NCBI GenBank assembly: GCA_976551045.1
Contig: CDPCPM010000033.1
Coordinates: forward strand, 13,392,001-13,456,000
Length of the DNA: 64,000 bases
Reading direction: 5' to 3'
From: Glaucostegus cemiculus
Lineage: Eukaryota
This document shows, piece after piece, positions 23,603 to 36,012 of this stretch. Under the pieces are notes generated by a model. The model did no database searches, was not told where the DNA came from, and saw only the letters and a program-made list of their open reading frames with translations. The position numbers were made by a program, and so were the translations under genes. Positions within the stretch are counted from its first letter, which is position 1; every line of letters starts with the position of its first letter.

Positions 23603-25065
23603 GTTGACATATGATGCATCAGGTTACAATATATGTAGGTCACCAGTTGTTGATGGGCAAGAGAAACCCATAGCTTTCTCTTGTACTCTGAAAAGGAGCA
23701 AGTTCAATTATGCACAGATTGAGAAAGAAGCACTTGAAATGACAGAATCAAGAAATTCGATCAGATCTTACTCAGCAGATCCTTTCCCCAGTCAGGAGAT
23801 TAAATATCAGACATTCAGTCCCAATCAGTGGTGCCCTCTATGGTGGCATCAACGTTGGAACGATGGCTAACCCTTCTAATGCAGTACGACTATGCAATTG
23901 AGCACACAAGTGGAAAGCAGGCATCATTGCGGATGTTTTGCACAGGAATTGTTAGCATGAAAACAATTACTGGAAGCTTTATTTACTGGTCCTATTTGGA
24001 CAGTTACCTAGAATCACCAGGAAGCAAATGCAGTATTTGCCAAAACTGTAGGAACAAGCCACTGAAAATTCCTTTGTTGTCACAGCCTTAGTCTGTTTGA
24101 CATTTTCAGGGAGTACATGCAGGCTTTTGTGTCAAAGGAAATGATAATTTCCTGCAACTGATAAAAAAGTCATTCAAAGTGGATTGAAGTAAAACACATG
24201 GGTTGGATGACTTAAGGTCCATGTTAGGGTTTATCTGAAGAGCTTGTGGACCCCAGTTTCAACCTGCTCTTTGTGAAACAAATTGGGATTAAACATACTC
24301 TCATTCCTTCAAGTCATCACAATGGAATAAACTGAGAGACCCAGTCAGAATAGTCAAAGGAGTTCTCAAAAAGCAAGAGTTGCAGATATTCAAAACAGCA
24401 TGAAACATTGCTTAGCCAATTTCTTGATGAAGTATAGAATAACTTCAAACAATAATGCTGCCTGTTTTCAGCATTCTTGATGAGGAGAAGATTGAGACTA
24501 TTTCAATCAAATGCAGCTTCTATAATGGAACAGAAGCAGTTCAGTCAAAAATATCACAATGACATGAATCAGAACATATGCAATTTGAAGCAAAATGGAT
24601 GTGTTGCTGTTCTAAGCAGGTCAAACTCACATAAGTGGGAGGCAGGATCCATAATGAAAACAAAAGAAATTTCATTGAAATTGGTGCAAAATCTGAAGCA
24701 TTCATGTAGATCAAATGATTGCTGCTGGATATGAACCATGGAAACGTTGAAACACTTGATTGTGATTTAGCATCTGAAGTGAACCTGGTGTAGACTACAG
24801 GAAGCAAAGTACAAGATGCAAAAGAAACAAAACCTTCACTGAGTTCACTTCTGGAACCAACAGCCTAAAAGTTGATTCAGCACCAAAGCCTGCAGGAAAT
24901 TCAGGAAGACTCCAAAAACTGATCTCTAGGTTAGATTTAAAGTTGTTGCCCAATCAAGAGAGAAATCCATTCATGATTAAGTGAAATGTATAGAGTAAAA
25001 CTCTGATAATCTGCTATTGATTGTTTGGCAATCCCGATGATTTGGCATCTGACTTTCCAGTTGTT

Positions 25066-25655
25066 GATTCCTGTGTTCCCTTTAACTCCTCTTGCATTCT
25101 CCTTAACACACTGGGGCTCCAGTTCCCATGCTCCTTTGAACATGCTGGACTCTGGTTCCAGCGCTTCCATTAACCAACCAGTGCCCCATTTCCACATTCC
25201 CTTTAAACTTAGAGGCCTAAATTCCTGTGCTCCCTTTAATATCACCAGGCCCAGTTTCCTACACTCTATTAAACACACATGGGCTCCATTTCCTGCACTC
25301 CCTCCGAACTTACCAGGGCCTTGATTCCTGTGCTCCCTTCACTGGACCCCTGATTTCTGTGGATCCTTATAATTCTCCTGGTTCTGTTTCCTGCAGTCCC
25401 TTGAAGTGCACCAGGTTCTGTTTCCTAAACTCCTTTTAAACTCACTGCGGTCCCATTTCTCACGATCCCGTTAAACTGATCAGGGTCCTCTTTCCTGCCC
25501 TCCCTCATTCCCTTTAAATTTACCAGGATCCCTGTTTCCTTTAACGCCGTTGCTTCTGTTTCCTGCATTCCCTTGAAATTCACTGAATTCTGTTTCTTGC
25601 GCTCCCTTTAAATTCATTGGGGCCCTATTTCCCAGGTTCTCTTTAACATTATCAG
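25066..25655. repeat. Diverged ~34-35 bp minisatellite (~17 units)
   Basis: Recurrent unit ~TTTCCTGCACTCCCTTTAAACTCACCAGGNCCCA. Confidence 0.8.
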
Positions 25656-26130
25656 ATCTGCTAGGAGATTTATTGTACTACTTGTAACATCAAAAAGAAT
25701 AAGGAAAAGTGTGTTGGAGTATTGATAGGAATATCATTAACAGTCTGGAAAAGCTGCCAGCCTGGAGCTACCAAAGTCCTAAGCATATTGGATTAATGTA
25801 ATATTACTGTATACAGTTTAGTTAATTGTACCTCACTGTTGAAGTATAAGTGGGTGTAAACAAAAGGGACACAGTATACTTTATCTATCTTTGTATCTAT
25901 GTGACACTCTGTGGTTCTATTTTACAGTGTTATTTTGTAATTGTATAACACTGACAACAACACAGGCTGTAGCAGATGGCTAAAAGCTTCAAATGTAGAG
26001 AGGTCAAGTACTTTACCTCTTTTGCATATATAGTCCCTTAATCCACCTGTGAAAATATTTCAGAATACTAGAGAAATAGTACATTGTCTTTATCTCCTAG
26101 CTCATTTTACTGGCATTTAGGGAGACATAC

Positions 26131-26287
26131 CTTTCCTTTAGCAATAGCTTTACAAGTGATCCTGATGATCAGATATGACCAGAAGCTATGCAGCAGCTGA
26201 AGCAACAAAAGGAGCAAGTTGAAGACCCACCATGATGGATAAGGACCAACAATCTCCCAACTTTCAAACAAGGTGGTATTTAATATC
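26131..26287 (-). CDS. CERS6: CERS6 exon, 157 nt ((W)[52 protein letters not shown])
   Basis: tttgtttcag acceptor and gtatgt donor. The first G completes the TG|G Trp codon from the previous exon. TLC-domain sequence. Confidence 0.95.
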
Positions 26288-26889
26288 CTGAAACAAAATA
26301 AAAATATTCATCAGAGAATGCAGTTTTTACAATCTGGAATGCAGATTAAAATGAATCAAATATTAATTTTGGAGAAATATCAAATGTATCATTGCTTTAA
26401 AGAATATGTTATTGATACGCTTCCCAGTTCACACAAGAAGCACATCAATAAAACATGTAGCCTTTAGCAGTAAATTGTTTAATCGCCTGTTTCTCAAAGA
26501 ATCAATACTAGCAATGCTTTTGTTTTACAAAATATAAATTACTTTTATCTCCTTACTTTGTCTAATCCATTTTCTTCACTAACTGAACTCCCCGAGGCTT
26601 ACATCTAGTGAAAGCAAGTTACAAAATGCATTTAACAACTTTGCAATGAAATTCATTATCCCAGTGTTTCTCAGTTGTGGCCTCAAAGGAAAGCAATTAT
26701 TTAAAATTAGTTCAAAATGCAAATGAGATGCAGTAAGGCAAATTATGGTCAATTTATCTGAGATTGTTCAATTTGATTATATCTGATGTGTAAATCTTTT
26801 CTCTGAAACATGCTCAATGGTAAATGGATGCATTGTTATTAATCAAATTAGTTGTTTTGAAAACAAATAGCACAATACTCTATAATTCA

Positions 26890-27290
26890 ACATTACCAAA
26901 TGGATCAGAGTCAGAGCAGCTTCAAGGATGGCCCCGAATCGACCATATCTCTATTGCCTCCATCTTCACTGGACCTATTCTTCACCCCTTCTTCATTCAG
27001 ATACTGTCTTTTGAATACATAGTTCAAAGACATGGAGCCAGTCTCCAAATGTACAGTACTGACACTCACCTCTACCAGTCTCAGCCCTTTCACCGATTCT
27101 GTGTTGTCACAAGCCGTGCTCAGATAAACCAAAACATACTCAAGCTAAGCACACAGGAGAATGATATCACTGTGCCTGCAACTCATGTTTTTACCCTTTT
27201 TACTGATTTCTCTTGCCTCCAGCCACTACTTGCAACATCAGCATCCCACTTAACCTCAGTCTGAGCTTTTAACTGTACATTTCACATAAA
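26890..27290 (+). mobile_element. L2-clade LINE RT relic (probably continuing at ~29690-29880 and 31690-32030)
   Basis: GPILHPFFIQI..IVQRHGASLQMYSTDTHLY resembles L2 'GPLLF..HG.SFHMYADDTQLY'. Confidence 0.55.
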
Positions 27291-27294
27291 GCAA

Positions 27295-27690
27295 TAGAGT
27301 CGTAGAGCCATACAGCACAGAAACAGGCTCTTCACCACCCCCACCCCCCCCCACAATATCCATGCTGACCATCAAGTGCCTATCTATACTAATTCCATTC
27401 ACCAGCACTTGGTCCATGGCCTTCTATGAGATGGCGATTCAAGTGCTTGTCTGGATACTTAACTGTTGTTGTACCTACCTATGCTGCCAACTTCAGGGAT
27501 GCTTGGACTTGCACAGTGAAGTACCTTTATTCCTCAATACTCCTTAAGGTCCTACCATTGATTATGTATGTCCTATCCTTATTAGTCCTCCTAAAGTGCA
27601 TCAACTTGCACATCAGGAATAAACTCCATCTGCCATTGCTCTGCCCATTTAATCAATATCATTCTGTAGCCTTTGTTTATCCTCCTCACT
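27295..27690 (-). mobile_element. CR1 3' fragment with internal deletion
   Basis: KWAEQWQMEF ORF and tail tacagcacagaaacaggc. Confidence 0.75.
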
Positions 27691-28992
27691 GAAAAGAGGT
27701 GAGTGTCTGTGCCTGAGCAGGTGAGTTTCACTTGCAGAGTCGGGAGCTGGAACGAGATTTGGAGAGGGACGTTTGAAAAGAGGTGAGACTCTGTGCCTGA
27801 GCTTGAGAGTTTCACATTGCAATAGTCTAAATGAGGCACATTTGCTGTTTATTACCAGCTGATTGGCTTATTGTTACCTGATTGGCTTATCAACGGCAGC
27901 AAATAGAGGTAAGGCAAGTAAATGTGATTAACCTGGGAATTACAGACCAGTGAGTTTTACTTCAGTGGCGGGCAAATTACTGGAGAAGATTCTTAGAGCC
28001 AGGATTTATGGGCATTTAGAGAAGCATAGGCTGATTAGGGACAGTCAGCATGGCTCTATGAGGGGCAGGTCATGCCTCAAGAGCCTGACTGAACACTAAG
28101 GATGTGACAAAGCACACCCATGAAGGAAGAACAATGGATGTGGTGTACATGGATTTTAGTTAGGCATTTGATCAGGTTCCTCATGGAAGTCTTATTTAGA
28201 AAATCAGGAGGCATGGGATCCAGGGAAACTTGGTTCAACCATATAAGGCATATAGTGGTGGTAGATGGAGTGTATTCTCCCTGGAGGTTGGTGACCAGGG
28301 GTGTTCCGCAGGGATCTGTTCTGGGACTGGATCTGCTCTTTGTGATTCTTAAAAATGATTTGGATGAGGATGTGGAAGGGTGGGTTAGTAAGTTTGCTGA
28401 TGATACAAAGGTTGGTGGTGTTGTGGATAGTGTAGAAGGTTGCTGTAGATTACAACAAGATAGTGATAGAATGCAGAGCTGGGCTGAGAAGTGGCAGATG
28501 GAGTTCAACCCAGATAATAAGTGACGTGATACACTTTAAGAGATCGAATTCAAAGGCAGAGTACAAGGTTAATGGCAGGACTCTTAGCAGTGTGGAGGAA
28601 CAGAGGGATCTTGGGGTCCACGTCCATAGATCCCTCAAGGTAGCCACGCAAGTCGATAGGGTTGTTAAGAAGACAGTCAGAGACTTTTTCCCAGTGTGTA
28701 AATAGCTAACTTGATGCAACATGATTTTAAGGTGATTGGAAGAAAGTACAAGGGGGATGTCGGGGCACGTTATCTTACACAGTGGTCAGTGTGTGGAATG
28801 CACCATTGGCAGAGGTTGTGGGGGCAGATACATTAGGGACATTCAAGAGACTCTTCAATAGACACATGAATGATAGAAAGATAGGGGTTATGTGGGAGTG
28901 AAGGGTTAGATAGATCTTAGAGCAGGATAAAATGTCGGCACAACATTGTGGGCTGAAGGGCCTGTACTGTGCTGTAGTGTGCTATGTTCTAT
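27691..28992 (+). mobile_element. Internally deleted CR1: 5'UTR (tandem ~84-bp monomers) joined to mid-RT, second deletion near 28672, intact 3' tail
   Basis: [36 protein letters not shown]. 3' gggcctgtactgtgctg..ctatgttcta. 5' part homologous to the minus strand of 12700-12860. Confidence 0.85.
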
Positions 28993-29009
28993 CAACAACG
29001 CTATCTCTT

Positions 29010-29340
29010 TTCTATTCTCTCTTCTTCCCCCCCCCCTCCCATCGGGCAAAAGATCCAAACGCCCGAAAGCACGTACCATCAGGCTCAAGGACAGCTTCTA
29101 TCCCACTGTTATAAGACTATTGAACGGTCCCCTAGAACAGTAAAATGGACTCTTGTCCTCCCAATCTACTTTGTCATGGCCTTGCACCTTACTGTCTGTC
29201 AGCACTGCACTTTCTCTGTAACACTTTATTCTGCATTCTGTTATTGTTTTCCCCTGTACTACCTCAATACACTGATGTGATGAAATGATCTCTATGGATG
29301 GCAAGCAAAACAAAGTTTTTCAATGTACCTCAGTACATTT
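29010..29340 (+). mobile_element. Rex1 LINE 3' fragment
   Basis: PLPSGKR..ARTIRLKDSFYPTVIRLLN plus a 3'UTR matching 61600-61950. Confidence 0.85.
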
Positions 29341-29349
29341 AGATAAAAT

Positions 29350-29470
29350 TTCTTCATTAGTCACATGTAGACCGAAACACACTGTGAAGTGCATCTTTCT
29401 GGAAGCAGCCCATAAGTGTCACCACACTTCCAGCGCCAACAATAGTATGCCCACAACTTCCAAACCAGTG
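29350..29470 (-). mobile_element. 3' part of the 390-680 SINE family
   Basis: Reverse complement of ggaagttgtgggcat..gtgacactt..ggctgc..gtgtgtttcg..catgtgactaat. Confidence 0.7.
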
Positions 29471-29879
29471 TGTCTTTGACAATAATAAACCATTTTATCA
29501 ATTTAATCATTGTTTGTGTCATCTGGAAACTACTATAACAGTGAGGGTCCCAGCACAGATCCATGGGGTACATCTCCCATCACAGGTTTCCAAACACAAA
29601 ACCAACCCTCCATCCTCACCCTCTGTCTCCTAGTACTACGTCTTTCCACATCCTTTGCATCACATTAACTGTCTATGTCCTGCAACTTTGCTCATATCCA
29701 CTCCAAGCTCACTTCACTGCTGCTAAAACTCCCTTTCATACCTTTGTCATCACAACACTAACTTGGCCAGTTTCCCATTCACAGTAAACATCAGTTCATC
29801 TAAAACTCAGCTGTTCATCTTTTATCCTGCTCCAGGTCCCAGTCAGCCTTCAACTCCCACCTTGCAGCTTCCACTTGCA

Positions 29880-31690
29880 TAGTTTTTATAGATATGTAAA
29901 AAGGAAAAGTCAGACAATGGCAAGTGTGGGTCCTGACAGTCAGAGGAAGGAGAATTTCTAAATTGGAAATAAGGAAATGACAGAAGATTTAACAACTCAG
30001 GGAAGACAATACATAAAACCTGTTGGAAAAATTAGAGAATCAGGGCTCAAGTGAGAATGAGGACTGAAGGGACTAAGTATTAGACAAAAAAATGAGAGAA
30101 TTTAGTAAGCCTGAAAACTGATAAATTCTAAGGAGACAACTGATTTAGCATTATTATTGTTGTAGAGTCAGACAGCATGGAAACAGGCATATCCCAAAAT
30201 TTTGAAAGAGGAGGCTTTAGGGATAGTGAATGCACTGATTATCAACTTTCAAAGTTGTATAGATTCTCGGATTGTTCCTGTAGATTACAGCGTAGCAAAT
30301 ATGACCCCATTATTTAAGAACAGAGGGAGAGAGAAAATGGGGAGCTACCAACCTATTAGCCCAATATCAATAGTAGGAAAAATGCTGGAATCTACAATGT
30401 AGGATGCAATTTAAAAAAAACACTTTGCAAAGAATAATAGGATGGAGTAGAACCAAAATAGATTCATGAAAGGAAAATCAGCTTCAACTAAATTACTTAA
30501 GTTGTTTGCGGGTGTATCCATTAAATAGATAAGGAGAGCCAAAAGGTGTGGTGTTTTCGGATTTTCTGAATTGATGCGTTAAGACCTGGTACAGAAGATT
30601 CAACAACAAGTTCAGAAAACATGGAATTAAGGGTAATGTGCTAACATGGACAAGGAATTGATTATCAGACAGATAACAAAGAGTGGGAATACATGGATTG
30701 TTTTCAGGTCAGCAGGCCGTGATTATTGGGATACTGCAGGAGTCTGTGCCTGGATCCCAGCTATTCAGACTAATTTCCATTTGGGGACCAAATGTCATAT
30801 TTCCAAGTTCATTAGTGATACTAAACAAGGTGGGATTTTGAGTACAGAAGAGAATGTATGGAGGCTTCAAGGATATATAGATAAGCTGAGCAACTGGGCA
30901 ATTGGAATACAATGTGAGAAAATGTAAGGTTACCAACTTTGGTGTACACAACAGAAATGTAGTTTATGACATTCAGTGTTTTAAGATGGTGAGAAACTGG
31001 GTGATGCTCAAATTCAAAGGGGCCAGGCGTACTTGTACATAAGTCACTGAAAGTCAACATACAGGTGCAGCAAGTGGTTATGAGGGCAAATGGTATGTTA
31101 GCATTAATTATGTGAGGATTTTAATATAAGAACGAGAAGTTTTATTGCAATTGTATAGGCCTTTGGTGAGCCCACACCTGGAATATTGTGCACAGATTTG
31201 GTCTCCTCACCTGAGAAAGAATGTAGTTGCCATGGAAGCAGTGCAGTTAAGGTTCACTCGACTGGTTCCAGGGGCAGCGGGTTTGCAGTGTAAGGAGAGA
31301 TAGAGCAGACTGGGACTGTACTCTTTGGAGTTTAGAAGAATGAAAGGGGATCCCATCGAAACACAAAATTCTTAAAGAGCCTGGCAAGCTCAATGTGTGG
31401 AGAGTGTTAAAACTGGCTGAGGAGTCCAGGACAAGGGTTGCTCTTTCAGAATAAGAGTAAGGCCAATTAGAACTGAGGTGAGGAGAAACTTCTTCACTCA
31501 GAGGGTGGTGAAGCTTTCAAATGATCTATTCCAGCAGGCTATAGAGGTTCAGTCATTGTGTTCATTCAAAACAGATTGATAGATATCCAAATCAAGGGAC
31601 ATGGGATAGTGGTGGAGAATGGTGTTGAGATAAGAGATCAGTGGAGCGAATTCAGAGTGCTCAAACTCCTGCTACTATTACTTAGGTTCT
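29880..31690 (+). mobile_element. Old CR1 ORF2 and 3' end
   Basis: ANMTPLFKNRGREKMGSYQPIS, ISKFISDTK, ggtgagcccacacctggaatattgtg (VRPHLEYC). Confidence 0.8.
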
Positions 31691-32569
31691 TTCAAAACCC
31701 TTCAGAAGCTCACCCACCTTACTTACTAATAACTTCTTTAATTTTTAGTCAGGTGTCCTGTTCTGCCAACCTTTGGTTTTCATTCTTGCGGAGCCTGGAT
31801 CTACTGAGGTTTCATGCTTGGAATTCCCTCTCTACTTGGCCACATGCCCAATGCCATCTCTTTCTTTAAGACCTTTCTTTAAATTAATCTCTTTTGCTAA
31901 ACTTTTGGTTTCCCTCCCCCATGCCCTCCCCCGCATCTCCTTTGTTTTCTCGGCATTTATTTTTATCTGCTGTAGGCATTGTGAATTATCTTGAGTTCCA
32001 GCTTACCAGTTAAATGTAAGCCGCTATTACAGACTTCAGCATTGACATTATAGAACCACTACATTTTTCTCCATTCTTCCCATCTGACACTACAGATTTT
32101 AAACTGATTTATAACATTCAGTTTTTTTAAAACTTTAAAATGAATAAACTGAGCATTCCATCTATGCAATGAGCTTTTCAGTTACTAATGTGGTATGTTT
32201 TTATGGTTCACGGCAATATATGCCATAAAAATAGAACTGTTTTATTCAGTAATCATAATCTAAGGAATGTCAAGGAAGCAGTGAAGAGTAGCCCAGTAGG
32301 TAAGTGTGATTCATCTTTATTGAACTGAGAGAAGCAGGAGCAGGAATCCTTCCCTAGACTCCACAACTATAAACCACTTACTGGTGTACTGGATCAGCAA
32401 ATATTCCCCATTTTCTCTAAGAATGAAACTCCCACCAACAGGGTTATTTATAACAATGGTCTGCCAATAGCCTGGGATGGATGCTTTTCACTGGCAGTGA
32501 GCTACGCACTATTTAATGCACTTCCTGCCAACATTTTCTGTTGTGAGTTCCTCTGCAGAGTCAATTTTC

Positions 32570-32825
32570 ATACAACATCTTTCATGACCCCTGGATATCC
32601 CAAAGCATTTTGGAGACAATTAAGTACTTTTAAAACCTAGTCACTGTTGTGACATGGGAGGAAGGCATCTAACTTTTGCACAGCGAGCTCCCTGAAAAAA
32701 CTGTGGGATAACAACCACATAATCAATCTTTATTGATATCAACTGAAATACTGACAGGACTCCTGAGATAATGGTTCTATTCACCTCCACTGAGAGAGCA
32801 GATAAGGCCTCAGGTTAACATACAG
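32570..32825 (-). mobile_element. Deu-domain SINE (SacSINE1/AmnSINE-like), ancient
   Basis: tagtcactgttgt..ttgcacagcgagctccc..ctccactgagagagcagataaggcctcaggttaac resembles the Deu-domain consensus as recalled. Confidence 0.6.
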
Positions 32826-33384
32826 ACAAATTGGTTATATTTTTACCTCCATGTTGAAGCATATCAGAAGGAATTAGTTGTCAATCACTATCAGATGTAG
32901 CCTTTGAAGGAAGTTTGTAACAGGTATTAGTGAGCTATTAACTAATGCCATAATCTATTCAGTCCAATTTGTGTGTATGTTATTGACTCTTCAGATGATC
33001 TTCAATACACTTTAGTTTCACATAGCTGCTTCACTATGGAAACAAATGTAGATAAATACTTGCAAAGTATGTTTTGGATACTTCTGTAATTCTGTTTAGT
33101 CACAATTTTGTCTTAGTGGGAACAGATGTATGAACATGACATAAATGATAAACTTTCAGTGGGTTTATGAATTCTGAAAATGATTACAACTGGTAGGAAT
33201 GAGGGTATTTCTTAAATGTCTGGAAAGAAAGACAATTCAAGGGATTTAAAACATCTGGTGTATCTGCTTAGTTTTCACAATGTGATTCAAAACTAATAAC
33301 TTGAATTTACTTTAAAAATCACTTTAATCATAACTACTTCTCCATTATCAGTTTATTAAGGTGAAAGGAGTTATTAAAATATAT

Positions 33385-33480
33385 TGTCCTGATACAGGGT
33401 TTCAACCTGAAATGTTGACAGTTCCTTCTGTCCACAGATGCTGCTCAACCAGCTGACTTCCTCAAGCAGATTATTTGTTG
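33385..33480 (+). mobile_element. 96-bp Penelope-type mini-element with hammerhead relic; 13-bp TSD
   Basis: tgtc-CTGATAC-aggg-tttcaa-cct-GAAATGTT-gaca followed by tccacagatgctgctcaaccagctga. tattaaaatatat at 33372-33384 and 33481-33493. Confidence 0.7.
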
Positions 33481-35958
33481 TATTAAAATATATAACCTAC
33501 CTAAGGTAATAACAATGCTACAGATACAAGTTCCACATATATTTACCTATTTATATTGAAGTTTGTACATTTCTGCAGCAGCATTGCTTGTAAGAAGTAA
33601 AATAAAGTCACAAATGATATTTGATTAACTTTTAAAAAGTTACAGAAATGGAAGATAGAAACTGCCATCCATCTTTCTGAACATGATGTCAGCTCCACTT
33701 GCTCACAGCATGTGATGCTTACCAACATTCCAAGAGTTTGGGTGTGAGCGAACCAGATAGTGTTCACCATTAAAGACTAGCTAGCAGATTTGCCAGGGGA
33801 AAGCATTTGACTTCCCTGCACCCTATTTACACACTTAATACTTTCCAATGACTCTTATCCCTAAAGTTTATCAGTAACATGGACATAACTATCATTAAAT
33901 TAACCAGAATTTATTTCAAAGAGGAAAATAAACACAATCAGACTTTAGCTAAACTACTCTCATACTGTGGTATTATATGTTGTGTATGTAAATGTATTGA
34001 TGTCACATGACATCAATCACTATAGCAAACAGCTGGATGTGGGGCCTATCGGACAAACTTGTGAGTTGAACTATTTAAATAATTTCAGCAACTCTCTGCC
34101 CACCACCCCCATCCAATTCCTCCCAACTTCCCTACCTCTGATATCCTCTTTCTTGCAGCAACTATATGTGTCAGGGACCTTCCCTTCCATTCTCTGATGC
34201 CTGAAAAACTGCTCCTGTCTGCTGAGCATGCAGTAAAAATGCAAATATTGATGGTTCCCATTCACAACCACAGACTTGATTTGCATTGATCCCTCCATCT
34301 ATATTACTGTGGTAACCACACAACCTGGCCTTTAAGCAGGCGTAACTTTTGTCCTGAACAGCATGTTTGTCAGATCTGGTGTCTTTTCCACCAGTTTCTG
34401 GTGGGTGTGAGTGTTGGTAAATGCTTTGGGGGTTTCTTGCTCAACTGTCAGAGGCCTGCCTTGCACCTCCCATTCCCTGAGGTCTTTTCCAACATTAGGA
34501 ATCCGTGAAGCACCATAAAACCATACACAGAAAAATCCTTAACAACAAATATCAATATTTTTGCTGACAAGGCTTTAAGGATATATACATATATATAAAA
34601 CTATTTTACATAATTAGTTTAAAATGTGTATTGCTATAACAGATCTTGAAATGCCATTTTAAAAATAAGCTATCATGTTTTAAATTTAAATATTTAAAGT
34701 TGCTGGATTTTAATAGAAATAAATATAGATTATTTGCCCTAAAATTCATCCTTAAAATGCTACTCACCCTACAAAGTTTATAAGGTGCGAAAGGTTTGAA
34801 ATTGTATTCAAACTGTAAAGAAGATGTTGTACCCTTTATACATGTTTGATGAAATCACTGCATGATGCAGATTATATAAAATTGCTGGCAATAAGTTACA
34901 TGACAGGAAATGAATTCAACACTTCTAGAAAATGTCATAAATGTCAGCAGAGCCAAATGGTGAATTGCTGCTTTAAACTCTTTGACAGCTAGTTGTTGTT
35001 CTTTATGGTATTTACCATACCATTATACACAACAATCCATTTTATAGAAAGCTATTTCAGTAACTATTCAGTAAATATCCCAAAATCACAACAGTGCAAA
35101 GCTAAAATTATCTGCCACATACAATTCTTATACGATTGTCTTATATTCACAATTGTTTGTGACAGAAAAGTAGTAGTTATTAACCATTAGCAATCTCTGC
35201 CTGTCTTTGACTTATTAATTGACCTGTATTAATCTGGATGTATTGGTGCTGAAGTTGATCTGTGCTTTGGCCATCCCTTTGAGCGTAAAATTAAAGTTCT
35301 GGGTGAAATCCATTACCTAGTCTGCACCAGTGGCAAAGCTGCTGTCATATTGGTTCACACTGCTTAAAATCAATGTTGGCTCAATTTAAATGTTCAAAAC
35401 AGGGTCCTGCTCCTATTTTAGGACCCATCAGCAAATTTTGTGAAAACTGCGTGTATCAGACATCTTGCATGTTTGACTAATTTCTTCCACTTTTACTTTG
35501 GCCAGCTCTGAGATCCTTAAACGGGAAAAAAGGTCTAAACTGTACTTGTCCACTTTTTCAGTCAGGAGAAGCATTGGCGAGAGTTGTTCCAAATTAAGGA
35601 TGGAATCCTAAACTGCCTGAGGAAAGACTGAATGGAGGAAGAAGAGGCAAAGCCACGGAAAGGGCAAATGTATTTAAAGATTTCACACATTGTTGCGAAG
35701 TTATAGTTTATAGCTTAATTTGTATATTTTTTACAGCATGAAGATATTTTACATCAAAAATTACAAACCTTACATGACTGAATTGTTCTCAAAAATACTA
35801 GGGTTAATTAGTAAATTAATGCAATCGGTCAAAAAGAGCAAGTCAAGTGAGATGTAGATGAATCGCCAACATGCGCTGTACAGGATAATTCAAAGCCATT
35901 GATGATTCTCACTCCCAAATGCATAGAGGATCCTTTGATGTCTTCAAATGCTAATTTT

Positions 35959-36012
35959 CATTGATGAAATGGGACTTAAACTTCTTTAAGTTTAAGTCCC
36001 ATTTCATCAATG
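35959..36012. repeat. Perfect 25-bp inverted repeat with 4-nt loop
   Basis: cattgatgaaatgggacttaaactt-cttt-aagtttaagtcccatttcatcaatg. Confidence 0.95.

Larger units (their letters stand above)
22380..24900 (+). mobile_element. Ancient Gypsy LTR-retrotransposon pol relic (RT end, RNase H, integrase), interrupted by younger LINE pieces
   Basis: SANGLQPMREKVEAI; LTYDASGY..DGQEKPIAF..NYAQIEKEAL; LERWLTLLMQYDYAIEH; SKWIEV-like integrase remnant near 24175. No LTRs recognised. Confidence 0.75.

Noticed and set aside
25066-25655. CRISPR-like array
   Set aside because: Units are contiguous degenerate repeats with no unique spacers, there are no cas genes, and the context is a vertebrate intron.
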